Virus record (IMG/VR): IMGVR_UViG_3300028602_000019
Span: 1 to 52,984 of that record
Origin: a virus
Length of the DNA stretch: 52,984 nt
Direction: 5' to 3' (one strand)
This document shows positions 35,301 to 43,939 of the stretch, piece by piece. Every line of letters begins with the position of its first letter. Position 1 is the first letter of the stretch. Under the pieces are notes generated by a model. That model was not told the origin of the DNA. It worked only from the letters and a program-made list of their open reading frames with translations, and searched no databases. The position numbers were made by a program, and so were the translations under genes.

Positions 35301-35312
35301 ATGGGTCGAATT

Positions 35313-35364
35313 CCTTATGATACCTGAGCCGTTTCAAGATATCATAAGGGCATTCGGTCTTTTT
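35313..35364 (+). terminator. Hairpin plus T-tract terminator
   Basis: CCTTATGATA (35313-35322) pairs perfectly with TATCATAAGG (35340-35349) over a 17-nt loop. A T5 run follows at 35360-35364. Confidence 0.55.
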
Positions 35365-35516
35365 ATATTTTATTATCCTGTTAAAAAGGTGTTTAGGATG
35401 TATCTGAACAAAATCAAATCTACTTCTGAAACCGAATCTCTTATAAAATATCATTTTCCTACTTTGTATAAATTATATACCGATAAGTTTAAGAACAATA
35501 AAAAGAATACATAGAC

Positions 35517-36242
35517 ATGGTAAGATTTACGATAGATGCTTCTAATTTGAAGTCAATGTTAGATGTTATGAATATGTTCTCATGCGATTCCATATTGCAT
35601 TTGCGTGAGGATAAGGCAGAGATTGTAGAGGTCAGCGTAGACCACACATGTCTGATTCATGCTGAGATTGACTTATCTGTTTTCGGAGTGTATGATTATG
35701 ACAAGGATGAAGACATAAGTTTCAATATGAAGAAATGGAATGTCATCATTAAAACCTTGAAAGGAGAAGTCAGCATCGAGACGGAGGGAAGTTTGGTATA
35801 TGTTAAGTGTGGAAAATCTACATATACTGTCACACAGAATTATATCACAGGTGTTTCCACCAGAATGCCTAATGTTCCATTTGATGTGAGTTTTTCAATA
35901 TCTATGCCTGATTTCAAACGTGCGATAGATGTTTGTTCCGAGTTTGCAGAGATTGTACACCTCAAAACTGATGAGGATTCATTCATAGTGTATGCCAATA
36001 TGAATGCCAACAGTTCTAATATCGTATTCCCTATCGAGGAGTTGAAAGACGTAGAACCTTGTATGACCTTTGCAAGTTCTGCACTGGTCTATACACAGCT
36101 TTCCAATTTCTTTAAATATGTTAAGTCCGATACTGTGAGGATTAGTCTGGGTACAGATGTTCCCACCAATTACAGATTCACTCTGATGGACGGGAATCTC
36201 ATTGGAGATTTCATGGTTGCACCGATTATAGGAGATGATTAA
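35517..36242 (+). CDS. PCNA sliding clamp
   Basis: 241 aa, collinear by eye with archaeal PCNA from the N-terminal F..D...LK....D to the C-terminal ..F.VAPIIGDD (compare FYLAPRIEEE). An ISF.....W..I.K.L segment sits at the expected place. Confidence 0.75.
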   Translation: MVRFTIDASNLKSMLDVMNMFSCDSILHLREDKAEIVEVSVDHTCLIHAEIDLSVFGVYDYDKDEDISFNMKKWNVIIKTLKGEVSIETEGSLVYVKCGKSTYTVTQNYITGVSTRMPNVPFDVSFSISMPDFKRAIDVCSEFAEIVHLKTDEDSFIVYANMNANSSNIVFPIEELKDVEPCMTFASSALVYTQLSNFFKYVKSDTVRISLGTDVPTNYRFTLMDGNLIGDFMVAPIIGDD

Positions 36243-36492
36243 AACGATGTATAATGTATTGATTAAAGTAGAATTTATGAATAAGGATAATTATATAGAA
36301 ACAAAGAATCTGTATTATGAATCGTTAGACGATAAAGACAAAGCCATCAAGACTGTCGATGGTTATTTCGACAACAAGGAAACTCTTAAAAATATTGTAA
36401 AAGTATTCGGGTCGGATTATATCGAAGGTATAGTAACCGAGTGCGATTATAACAAAGAAGAGGTTATATTGGATACGATTGTATTTTTATAA
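36235..36492 (+). CDS. Hypothetical protein (85 aa)
   Basis: Its start overlaps the stop of the PCNA gene. No motif recognised. Confidence 0.45.
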   Translation: MIKTMYNVLIKVEFMNKDNYIETKNLYYESLDDKDKAIKTVDGYFDNKETLKNIVKVFGSDYIEGIVTECDYNKEEVILDTIVFL

Positions 36493-36496
36493 AAAC

Positions 36497-36521
36497 ATAT
36501 ATATACTTTAAACCCTTTACT
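36497..36521 (+). promoter_or_regulatory. Early/middle promoter motif copy 1 (ATATATATACTTTAAACCCTTTACT)
   Basis: This 25-mer is identical to 41775-41799 and ends 6 nt before the ATG at 36528. The TATA-to-ATG distance implies a leaderless mRNA. Confidence 0.6.
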
Positions 36522-36527
36522 TTTTTT

Positions 36528-37190
36528 ATGTCAAATGAAGCTGTTAAAAGTTGTCAGTCTAATGATTTTAAACTAAAAGATATTCCTAAAGATTATCTGA
36601 TTCCTCAATCTGGGGGTATGCCGTTAATCAGATTCGGAGGATTGATGTTCCTTGCCAGTCAGATGGGCGTATTCAAGTGTCAGACCAAAGATGTTACCAT
36701 TCCTAAGTCTCAAGAAATCATATTCGAGTGCAAAGGATGGATTATTCCTTCTAAAGCATATTTGGAATCTAAAGGTATGTCAGAAAATAGTCCTTTGATG
36801 TCGATGTTCTCTGAACCTGTTATCACACACGGCACTACCAATCCCATCAATCTAAAAGAGGCTATGCAGAAGTATAATTATGTGATGGCAGAAACAAGGT
36901 CTATTGTGCGTTGTTTGAGAATTCTCACAGAATGCCCATATGCAGCTGAAGATGAGGTTGATTTTGTAAAAGAATCTATTAAAGATTCTACTTCTACAAC
37001 ATCTTCCCCTAAAGAAGATAAGACATCTCGCGGAATCATGATTAATTTCATTTCCGAGCAAGTTCAACCAGCAGTGAAATCATACATTGCATCATATTTG
37101 AAAAATAATAATGCAAACATAGTTCAGAATCTCACTGATGTGCAATTGAATGAACTTATGAATGGATGTACAGATTTATCGAATGAGTGA
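36528..37190 (+). CDS. Hypothetical protein, possible recombination mediator (220 aa)
   Basis: Sits immediately upstream of, and translationally coupled to, the Cas4-like nuclease, as in exonuclease/annealase pairs. No diagnostic motif. Confidence 0.3.
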   Translation: MSNEAVKSCQSNDFKLKDIPKDYLIPQSGGMPLIRFGGLMFLASQMGVFKCQTKDVTIPKSQEIIFECKGWIIPSKAYLESKGMSENSPLMSMFSEPVITHGTTNPINLKEAMQKYNYVMAETRSIVRCLRILTECPYAAEDEVDFVKESIKDSTSTTSSPKEDKTSRGIMINFISEQVQPAVKSYIASYLKNNNANIVQNLTDVQLNELMNGCTDLSNE

Positions 37191-37944
37191 TTGTATGAAT
37201 CCTCTAATTCCAGCAGACGGCGTATATCGCCTGTCTGCTAATAAATTATCAATGTATCAAGCCTGTCCATTCAAGCATTATCTATATCTCACTCATCAAG
37301 AGTCTGGTGAATTCGATGATACTTATATTATGGCAGGTAATGCCGTTCATAAGTATATGGAAGAGCATATGAAAGGTGAAGGAAAGCCCATCGAAAGTTA
37401 TATCGAAGAGTTCAATGTAAAACCAGAAGTGTTGGACAGGGTAAGAGCATGTATTGAAAATGCGCCCACATATCTGGCATTAGACGGTATTCCAGAATTG
37501 AAAGAATATACGGAGTTCACCACCCCAAAAGGTCGCAATATCAAGTTGGAATCAAGAATAGATTTGCAGGTGGATAATGCAGATTTACCAGATGTTAAGG
37601 GTAAGGTAGTTATAGATTACAAAACAGGTAAAACTATAAAGAAACCCGAATACAATATGCAGATGCAAGTATATAGATTCGTTAGGAATTTTGAATATTC
37701 TGCAATGCTGGTATCTTTGTACACAGGAGAAACAGTAGTTCTGGATAAATCTCCGAAGAATTACATACCCAACCTCTGTGATAAATATATAGATGCAATT
37801 GAAAACAACGATTTTCCTAGAAAAAGAGGCAGTAATTGCGAGAGATATTGTCCGTATTATCAAATGTTTTGCACTTCCGAACACATGTATGACCAAATAA
37901 TTCCTAAGATGGTGTATAAAGATGGTAAATGGTATGAAGAGTAA
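37183..37944 (+). CDS. Cas4/RecB-like PD-(D/E)XK nuclease with Fe-S Cys cluster
   Basis: One N-terminal Cys (CPFKHY), the core IDLQVD...VVIDYKTGK, and a C-terminal C..YC.....C triad (CERYCPYYQMFC). Confidence 0.7.
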   Translation: MSDCMNPLIPADGVYRLSANKLSMYQACPFKHYLYLTHQESGEFDDTYIMAGNAVHKYMEEHMKGEGKPIESYIEEFNVKPEVLDRVRACIENAPTYLALDGIPELKEYTEFTTPKGRNIKLESRIDLQVDNADLPDVKGKVVIDYKTGKTIKKPEYNMQMQVYRFVRNFEYSAMLVSLYTGETVVLDKSPKNYIPNLCDKYIDAIENNDFPRKRGSNCERYCPYYQMFCTSEHMYDQIIPKMVYKDGKWYEE

Positions 37945-38275
37945 AACCTGCCAATGTGGTGGTCCTCTTATCGAAGTAGAGGGTCTTACAGGACTATTCT
38001 GCGATGATTGTGGTGCTCATTACGAGGATGAGAGCGATGAGCAACCTGTAAATATATTCTCTGAAGATAAACTGAAGATGGCAAGGGGAGTTCCTGTAAA
38101 TAAATTCTGTATCGGCAGTGAAACCAAGGGCAGAATCGAAATTTCCATTCCCATCTATGCTTCTAAAATCATCCAGAAAAAGATAATTGATGAACAGATA
38201 GAGATGTTGCAATATCTGAAAGACAGTATTGAAGAGAAAGGATTGGATATTATGACTAAGAGGGTGGTGAAATGA
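37922..38275 (+). CDS. Zinc-ribbon protein (117 aa)
   Basis: CQCGG...(15)...CDDCG ribbon at the N-terminus. Confidence 0.5.
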   Translation: MVNGMKSKTCQCGGPLIEVEGLTGLFCDDCGAHYEDESDEQPVNIFSEDKLKMARGVPVNKFCIGSETKGRIEISIPIYASKIIQKKIIDEQIEMLQYLKDSIEEKGLDIMTKRVVK

Positions 38276-38919
38276 AGCTGTGCAAAGCTCATTATTTGAT
38301 ATTGTCGGAAGGAAGAGTATTTGTAACTTCAAACGTATATTATCACAGTTTTTCATATTATGTAGCTGTACTGCAAGATAAAAAGCAGATTATGATAGAT
38401 AAGTCTCATGTAATTCATCTCAATGAGGACGTTTTTCAGGATTTGTATTCCAAGTTGGTTTGGTCATATAAATGTGACGGATGTCAAACATGCTATATTC
38501 GTGCTTTAGATGACAGTAATATAGCGTGTACGATTCGAAAGAACGGGGTGATTGTTTTCAATTCTGATGTAGAATACATTGGGTTCTTCTACATCTCTAG
38601 AAGTGCAACATACACACAATATTGTACTTTTATCTCCGATACATATTCTCACGAAATCAGACCTTGCGACATATCGGGAAGGACTTTTGAGCATATGGAG
38701 AACAGAGGTTATTCGAAAACATGCCAAGAGATATATGATTATATCGTATTGCACCCCATGCAATCTTCTTTACAGATTGCAGACGCATTAGCCCTCTCAC
38801 TCAACCAAGTCACGCCAAGATTGTCGGAATTGAATCAGGTAGAACGTATCTGTGAATATGACAAAGTGAATATCGAGGGAACAAACAGAAAAATAATCAG
38901 GTGGGTTGCTAATGGTTGA
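38272..38919 (+). CDS. Putative winged-helix DNA-binding protein (215 aa)
   Basis: The C-terminal IYDYIVLHPMQSSLQIADALALSLNQVTPRLSELNQ resembles MarR/wHTH recognition helices. ATGA start coupling. Confidence 0.4.
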   Translation: MKLCKAHYLILSEGRVFVTSNVYYHSFSYYVAVLQDKKQIMIDKSHVIHLNEDVFQDLYSKLVWSYKCDGCQTCYIRALDDSNIACTIRKNGVIVFNSDVEYIGFFYISRSATYTQYCTFISDTYSHEIRPCDISGRTFEHMENRGYSKTCQEIYDYIVLHPMQSSLQIADALALSLNQVTPRLSELNQVERICEYDKVNIEGTNRKIIRWVANG

Positions 38920-39991
38920 TTACTCATTTCAAGATAAATTATTCGGAGCTTGGAGAGATAACGGATTCAAAGGATGTTTGGATGGTTGTCCTTCTTGCGG
39001 AAAGACGATTGCAGGAAAAAAGACAATCGAGAAATATCAAAAATACTTCCCATATGAAAGAATATGGATAATTGTCAACAGTAAGATTGTAGCCGACCAA
39101 TGGAAAGAAGAATGCAAAGGAATGGAGGTAGAGATATATACATATCCTACCGCTGTTACCAAGATGCATAAGCTTGTACGCGAAGGAAAAGACAATCAGT
39201 TGCCTGAGATGCTAGTACTAGATGAATGTCAGTGCATAATGGCACCTTCCTGGGGTCAGGTGATGAACTTCGGGGTTAAGAAGTACATTGGCTTGTCTGG
39301 AACTCCTAATGGCTCAGAACGCGTTCTAGGTGGCATTATATGGACAGTGGATTGGAAGGATGCTAATATAGCTGACACAGAGGTATTCTTTGTGAAATTC
39401 ATGCCTACCGAAGATGAAATGCTGAAGTATGCATCTCTTTCAAAAGGAATTGAAAAGTATTGCGGAGAACACGAATATTCCAGATATAAGAATGATGAGT
39501 TCTTAAGGAGATTGTATAATAATCGCAGAAGGTATGTTTACAATCTGAAATCCAGACTACCGCATGCTATGAAGCTGATAGATAAGAATAGAGACAAGAA
39601 ACTCATGATTTTCTGTATGCATCATAAACAGGCGTTGGAGATTTCCAAGTTGTTGACGAAATCAGGTATAAAACATTGTGTTCATATATCTGGTCACGAG
39701 GAAGTGGAGAAATTCATCAGCGGAGAGGTGAATGTATGCATATCTTGCAGAAAGATTTCCACAGGATTCAATTATCCTCCAGCAGATACCGCTATATTGG
39801 TCTCTACTGCCACTTCAGCATATACAGCTATACAGACTTTATCTCGTGTCATTCGTCCTGACCCTGATAATCCAGACAAGAAAGCCAATATTTATATACT
39901 ATTAGCTGATAAGACCAATGATATTGATTTAATGTATCAAAATATATTTTTAAAGGAAAAGACACACAAGGTGAATATAGATGAAATATGA
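38912..39991 (+). CDS. SF2 (DEAD/DExH-like) helicase
   Basis: Motif I GCPSCGKT, motif II LVLDECQC, motif III LSGTP and motif VI-like LSRVIRP. An AGGTGGG ribosome-binding site precedes the ATG at 38912; the ORF track gives TTG at 38906. Confidence 0.7.
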   Translation: MVDYSFQDKLFGAWRDNGFKGCLDGCPSCGKTIAGKKTIEKYQKYFPYERIWIIVNSKIVADQWKEECKGMEVEIYTYPTAVTKMHKLVREGKDNQLPEMLVLDECQCIMAPSWGQVMNFGVKKYIGLSGTPNGSERVLGGIIWTVDWKDANIADTEVFFVKFMPTEDEMLKYASLSKGIEKYCGEHEYSRYKNDEFLRRLYNNRRRYVYNLKSRLPHAMKLIDKNRDKKLMIFCMHHKQALEISKLLTKSGIKHCVHISGHEEVEKFISGEVNVCISCRKISTGFNYPPADTAILVSTATSAYTAIQTLSRVIRPDPDNPDKKANIYILLADKTNDIDLMYQNIFLKEKTHKVNIDEI

Positions 39992-40346
39992 AGATGTATC
40001 GGAATTTCCAGAATTCATAAATCTAGATGACATGGAAGAAGTAGAGCGTATTGAATACTTGTTGAATATCATCAAGAGATATGATAAAGTTGTTAAATTC
40101 GCAAAGGATTATTTGATTAAGAACGAATTGCAAAGAGTGAAGGACAATATTGTATCTGGTAATTTCAAAATATCAACGAAAACCAATACATCAATCGACA
40201 ATAGCATATTGTTCGTATCATATCCTGATATATATTCTAAATTAGCATCTGAAGGCAAACTAGTGGCTAAGATTGATGATTTGAAAGAATTAGATTTGGA
40301 AGGAGTAGTAAATACTACTAAGTCCGAATGGCTATCTTCGATGTGA
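39981..40346 (+). CDS. Hypothetical protein (121 aa)
   Basis: Overlaps the helicase stop. No motif recognised. Confidence 0.45.
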   Translation: MKYEDVSEFPEFINLDDMEEVERIEYLLNIIKRYDKVVKFAKDYLIKNELQRVKDNIVSGNFKISTKTNTSIDNSILFVSYPDIYSKLASEGKLVAKIDDLKELDLEGVVNTTKSEWLSSM

Positions 40347-40391
40347 ACATATTAAATATTAAGAACACATATATGGTTCAATGAGAGATAA

Positions 40392-40443
40392 TTGTGGGGA
40401 TGCTACAATCTGTGCATGATAGGAATCTATCCTTTCCCCACAA
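40392..40443 (+). promoter_or_regulatory. Nested hairpin in the leader of the first peptidase gene
   Basis: TTGTGGGGA (40392-40400) pairs with TCCCCACAA (40435-40443). An inner GATAG-GAAT-CTATC hairpin lies at 40418-40431. No T-tract follows. Confidence 0.4.
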
Positions 40444-40460
40444 CCTCTCAAGGTGTATAT

Positions 40461-41063
40461 ATGAATTTTATGTTCAAAGTAGGTTTCAAAAAATACTATA
40501 TACGTATGGTATTTCCAGAAAAATCAGTATATTATAATAAATATGCTCCTCGTTCTTATAATGATTTGAGATTCTTTTCTACAATAGATGACACAGTCAT
40601 ACAAGATATGGCTCATCAGTTGAATTATCAGATGGAAGGGAGAAGCGACAATTATAAAGCCAAGGCACTTCTCAACTTTTTCCATCAGAATTTCACATAT
40701 ATCTCAGACGAAGAACAATTTCAGATAGAAGATGTTTGGGAACTTCCTGCACACATGATTAAAACCACGAAAGGCGATTGCGATGGGTTTGCGCTTGCAT
40801 ACACGGCATTAGCGCATAATATGGGATTAGATGTCGTAACTGTAGTATATTCCTCTCACATGGCTGTTGCAGTGCGCTTAAACGGAAAGATTGGATGGGA
40901 TTCAATCATGCATGATGATAAAGAATATTTTATTGTAGACCCAACTTCTAGGAAATCAAAGATTGGAATTGCAACATGTGATAAATCTATAATTTATATC
41001 ACTCTCCCATCTGCACCAAGTGAAAGATTCAAATTAAAGCTCACACATTTCCCTACGTATTAA
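40461..41063 (+). CDS. Transglutaminase-like cysteine peptidase (paralog 1)
   Basis: Candidate Cys-His-Asp triad: KGDCDGFA ... SSHMAV ... VDPT. The ATG at 40461 follows an AAGGTG ribosome-binding site; the ORF track TTG at 40392 lies inside the hairpin. Confidence 0.6.
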   Translation: MNFMFKVGFKKYYIRMVFPEKSVYYNKYAPRSYNDLRFFSTIDDTVIQDMAHQLNYQMEGRSDNYKAKALLNFFHQNFTYISDEEQFQIEDVWELPAHMIKTTKGDCDGFALAYTALAHNMGLDVVTVVYSSHMAVAVRLNGKIGWDSIMHDDKEYFIVDPTSRKSKIGIATCDKSIIYITLPSAPSERFKLKLTHFPTY

Positions 41064-41087
41064 ATATCTGAATAAGGATACGTATTC

Positions 41088-41774
41088 ATGGATGCGATAG
41101 ATGTATTTGGAATATTATTCATTTCAATATTGGTTATATTCTTAGGTTATACGCTTGGAGTAATTGTATTGAAGATGACCAACCCTAAAAAACATTTTAT
41201 TTGGATATATCACGGAATACCTCATATGATGAGTGTTCCTGATTTGACTAAGAGTCAATATTATGATTTGTTTCCAGATAAATCTATGAATTGGTTGGGA
41301 TGTTATCCTACGATAGATGATGTTGTACTTAAAGACATTGCAGATAACATATCTGCTAAATGTAGAAATAAATCTGATTCATACAAATATGGATTTGTAC
41401 TGGCTTTTGTTCAGCAGAATATAAAGTATGTTTCTGATATTAAACATTATGGAGATGAAGAAATCTGGTGTTTACCTATTCAAACCTTAAAAGAAAGGAC
41501 AGGAGATTGTGAAGACACGGCAATTCTGTATTGTAGTATAATTCATCTTATGGATTTAGATACATGCTTAGCGATAGTTCCTGGTCATGCAGTTAGTGGA
41601 GCAAAGAATGGATTGGGTGCTAGTTTCGAATGCTCAGGTAGGAAATATTATTTTGCAGAGACTACATCTGTGATTCCGATTCCTGGATTTTATACAGCTT
41701 CTAAAAATGTAAGATATTGTGCAACCCCTATATTGCCTGTAAAGGAGTTTTTAGATTCTTTGCATAAAAGATAA
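41088..41774 (+). CDS. Transglutaminase-like cysteine peptidase with N-terminal membrane anchor (paralog 2)
   Basis: TGDCEDTA ... PGHAVS motifs and the N-terminal hydrophobic helix ILFISILVIFLGYTLGVIVL. Confidence 0.6.
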   Translation: MDAIDVFGILFISILVIFLGYTLGVIVLKMTNPKKHFIWIYHGIPHMMSVPDLTKSQYYDLFPDKSMNWLGCYPTIDDVVLKDIADNISAKCRNKSDSYKYGFVLAFVQQNIKYVSDIKHYGDEEIWCLPIQTLKERTGDCEDTAILYCSIIHLMDLDTCLAIVPGHAVSGAKNGLGASFECSGRKYYFAETTSVIPIPGFYTASKNVRYCATPILPVKEFLDSLHKR

Positions 41775-41799
41775 ATATATATACTTTAAACCCTTTACT
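41775..41799 (+). promoter_or_regulatory. Early/middle promoter motif copy 2
   Basis: 25-mer identical to 36497-36521, 12 nt before the ATG at 41812. Confidence 0.6.
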
Positions 41800-41811
41800 A
41801 TTTTGATTAAC

Positions 41812-42159
41812 ATGGTTTGCCATTTATATATGAGTAAAGAATCTTCCTATGAAGATTTTTTCAAAGAGATTAAAAAAGGGATAACAGAAGCTTTAGAAAT
41901 AGAAGAAATCTGTTACGCGAACATCTCAGATAAAACAAATTTCAAAGTCCATCCTAATCAATTCATTGTAGACTTTATCAAAGGAGGCAAACACATCGAA
42001 CTCAAGATAGATATGGATATTTCACGTGTAGAAGATGAAGAATTGCCCGAATGTGAAGAGTGTCCTGAAGAGAAAGATGATGATAAAGATAAGAAAATAG
42101 CTGATTTGGAATCTAGAATCAAAGATTTGCAAGCGATAGTTAAATTTTTGTCTTTTTGA
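41812..42159 (+). CDS. Acidic hypothetical protein
   Basis: An ATG at the expected distance from the promoter motif. The C-terminus is Asp/Glu-rich and coiled-coil-like. Confidence 0.45.
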   Translation: MVCHLYMSKESSYEDFFKEIKKGITEALEIEEICYANISDKTNFKVHPNQFIVDFIKGGKHIELKIDMDISRVEDEELPECEECPEEKDDDKDKKIADLESRIKDLQAIVKFLSF

Positions 42160-42167
42160 GGTCTAAT

Positions 42168-42626
42168 ATGGCAAGAAAATCAAAAGTAGTCAAAGAAGAA
42201 TCGACAATTGTCGACAATGAAGAGCATAACGTTCAGATACAACCAGTTTCAGGAGTATATAATGATTCCGCTTTCACCTCTAATAAAGAAGTGGAGATAT
42301 TTAGCCACTGTGCGTCTATATCAATACCTGAATCTTCACATGAATCATATGAAATTCTAACCTCTGATGGGCTGTCTTCTTATAATAAAGAATGTAATGA
42401 TTTGAATTATACCATATCATGTTTATTGGAAGGAACTATGGATGAGATTACACGGTGTAATGAATACATCTATGCAAAAGCAGATGCTGATAAGAAGTTT
42501 ACAACGTATATAGAGGAATTATATACATATAGATATTTGTTACATCAATTGAAATTCAATTCCAAATATCCATATGTACCTATTTCAGAGTTCCCCATCC
42601 GTCCTGAGCGCGTTGAAGATTACTGA
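42168..42626 (+). CDS. Hypothetical protein
   Basis: A GAGGT ribosome-binding site lies 6 nt before the ATG at 42168. The 3' end overlaps the convergent terL stop by 7 nt. Confidence 0.45.
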   Translation: MARKSKVVKEESTIVDNEEHNVQIQPVSGVYNDSAFTSNKEVEIFSHCASISIPESSHESYEILTSDGLSSYNKECNDLNYTISCLLEGTMDEITRCNEYIYAKADADKKFTTYIEELYTYRYLLHQLKFNSKYPYVPISEFPIRPERVEDY

Positions 42627-43939
42627 ATACCTCCATTATCTATACAACCTCCCATATCAATAATCCCACTTTCTTTCATTTTTTTATCTAAATACTCCAT
42701 ATCCAGATTTCCAACCGAGAATTCTGAGTCTCTGAAATGGAATGAGAATACAGCATAACGAATCGCATCGCAAAAGTGATTGTTGGTGCTTATCGGCTTA
42801 TTTATAAATTTATTGGAGTCTTGTTTATCTCTTTCCCAAGTATATCCTCTGACTTCGAACATGGCAGCTTCGCCAGCTTCGCCAGCAGTATCCACGATTA
42901 TGTCATATTTCTTTAAAAACATGATTCCTGCGTCAATGTTCTTAACTGCTGGAAACGCTGTGAATCCATCTTTTAATAACTGCTGTCCTTTTTCAGGAGA
43001 CGCACTGTCATAATAGACCTTATGACTGCTATTAACCCCTATATCCTTCATAAACTGTATTAAATCTGAAGTAATCTGATGGGTTTTATAATATCTGCAA
43101 CGAACATATATCTTATCTTTATACTCTCTGCATTCTACTAGAACCATAGGGTCTATAAATCCCCAATCAATACCATAGTATGGTTTGACATTCCAAACTT
43201 CTTCATCCCACATATTATTGGGAGCGAATTTAATATTAGGATAAATCAATCCGATAGGCATACCAGGAATTCCTGTGATGTATGTTCTATAAACTTCTTC
43301 GCTTCTTTCTGCATCGGCGAATAATGTTTCTAGATTTTCAACATCTATATATTTATTCTGAGAGAAATTAGAGAAATGAACATGGGTATTCTTCTTGATA
43401 ATATCTGCTGGAGCAACCACGAACATCTGAACGACCCAATTATAATATGAAATCGGGTTGTATGCGATGAACATCTGATTGATTCCATACGGATTCGCAT
43501 TTCTGAGACGGAAGTTAAGCTGTGACCATTTATCCGGATTCAATTCAGTCGCTTCTTCTATAAAGACATAGTTAAGATTCATACTTTTGATTTTCTCAGG
43601 GTCATCCAACCCTAAGAAATAGATAACACTCCCATTGAGAGGATTTCTAAGTTCATTTTTAGTTTGATTCAACCACCCGTTGCTATATACATTTATATTC
43701 CAATCTACAAGTTGCTGACATATGCTCGGTTTTCCTTGATAAACAGTCTTTTGAAGGGCTGGCATCGTAGCTCTGACCACTGCAATAGTCATATTGCTTC
43801 TGGTCAAGAACAAATAACATAGTCTTTGACATATGGCAAATGATTTACCGCTTCCGCTTCCACCCTGCAATACTAGAAAACGAGATTTATCATCTTCCCA
43901 GAGCACTTCTTTAAAGTGGTCTAATATTTCAATCTTCAT
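42620..43939 (-). CDS. terL: Terminase large subunit
   Basis: Walker A LQGGSGSGKS, Walker B YVFIEEATE, and nuclease acidic motifs YGIDWGF and CDAIRYA. Confidence 0.85.
   Translation of the reverse strand: MKIEILDHFKEVLWEDDKSRFLVLQGGSGSGKSFAICQRLCYLFLTRSNMTIAVVRATMPALQKTVYQGKPSICQQLVDWNINVYSNGWLNQTKNELRNPLNGSVIYFLGLDDPEKIKSMNLNYVFIEEATELNPDKWSQLNFRLRNANPYGINQMFIAYNPISYYNWVVQMFVVAPADIIKKNTHVHFSNFSQNKYIDVENLETLFADAERSEEVYRTYITGIPGMPIGLIYPNIKFAPNNMWDEEVWNVKPYYGIDWGFIDPMVLVECREYKDKIYVRCRYYKTHQITSDLIQFMKDIGVNSSHKVYYDSASPEKGQQLLKDGFTAFPAVKNIDAGIMFLKKYDIIVDTAGEAGEAAMFEVRGYTWERDKQDSNKFINKPISTNNHFCDAIRYAVFSFHFRDSEFSVGNLDMEYLDKKMKESGIIDMGGCIDNGGIQ

Noticed and set aside
35317-35514. 65-aa plus-strand ORF after the membrane-protein gene
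   Set aside because: It begins inside the 10-bp terminator hairpin and contains the T-tract. It has no ribosome-binding site, so it is more likely terminator plus promoter DNA for the PCNA operon.
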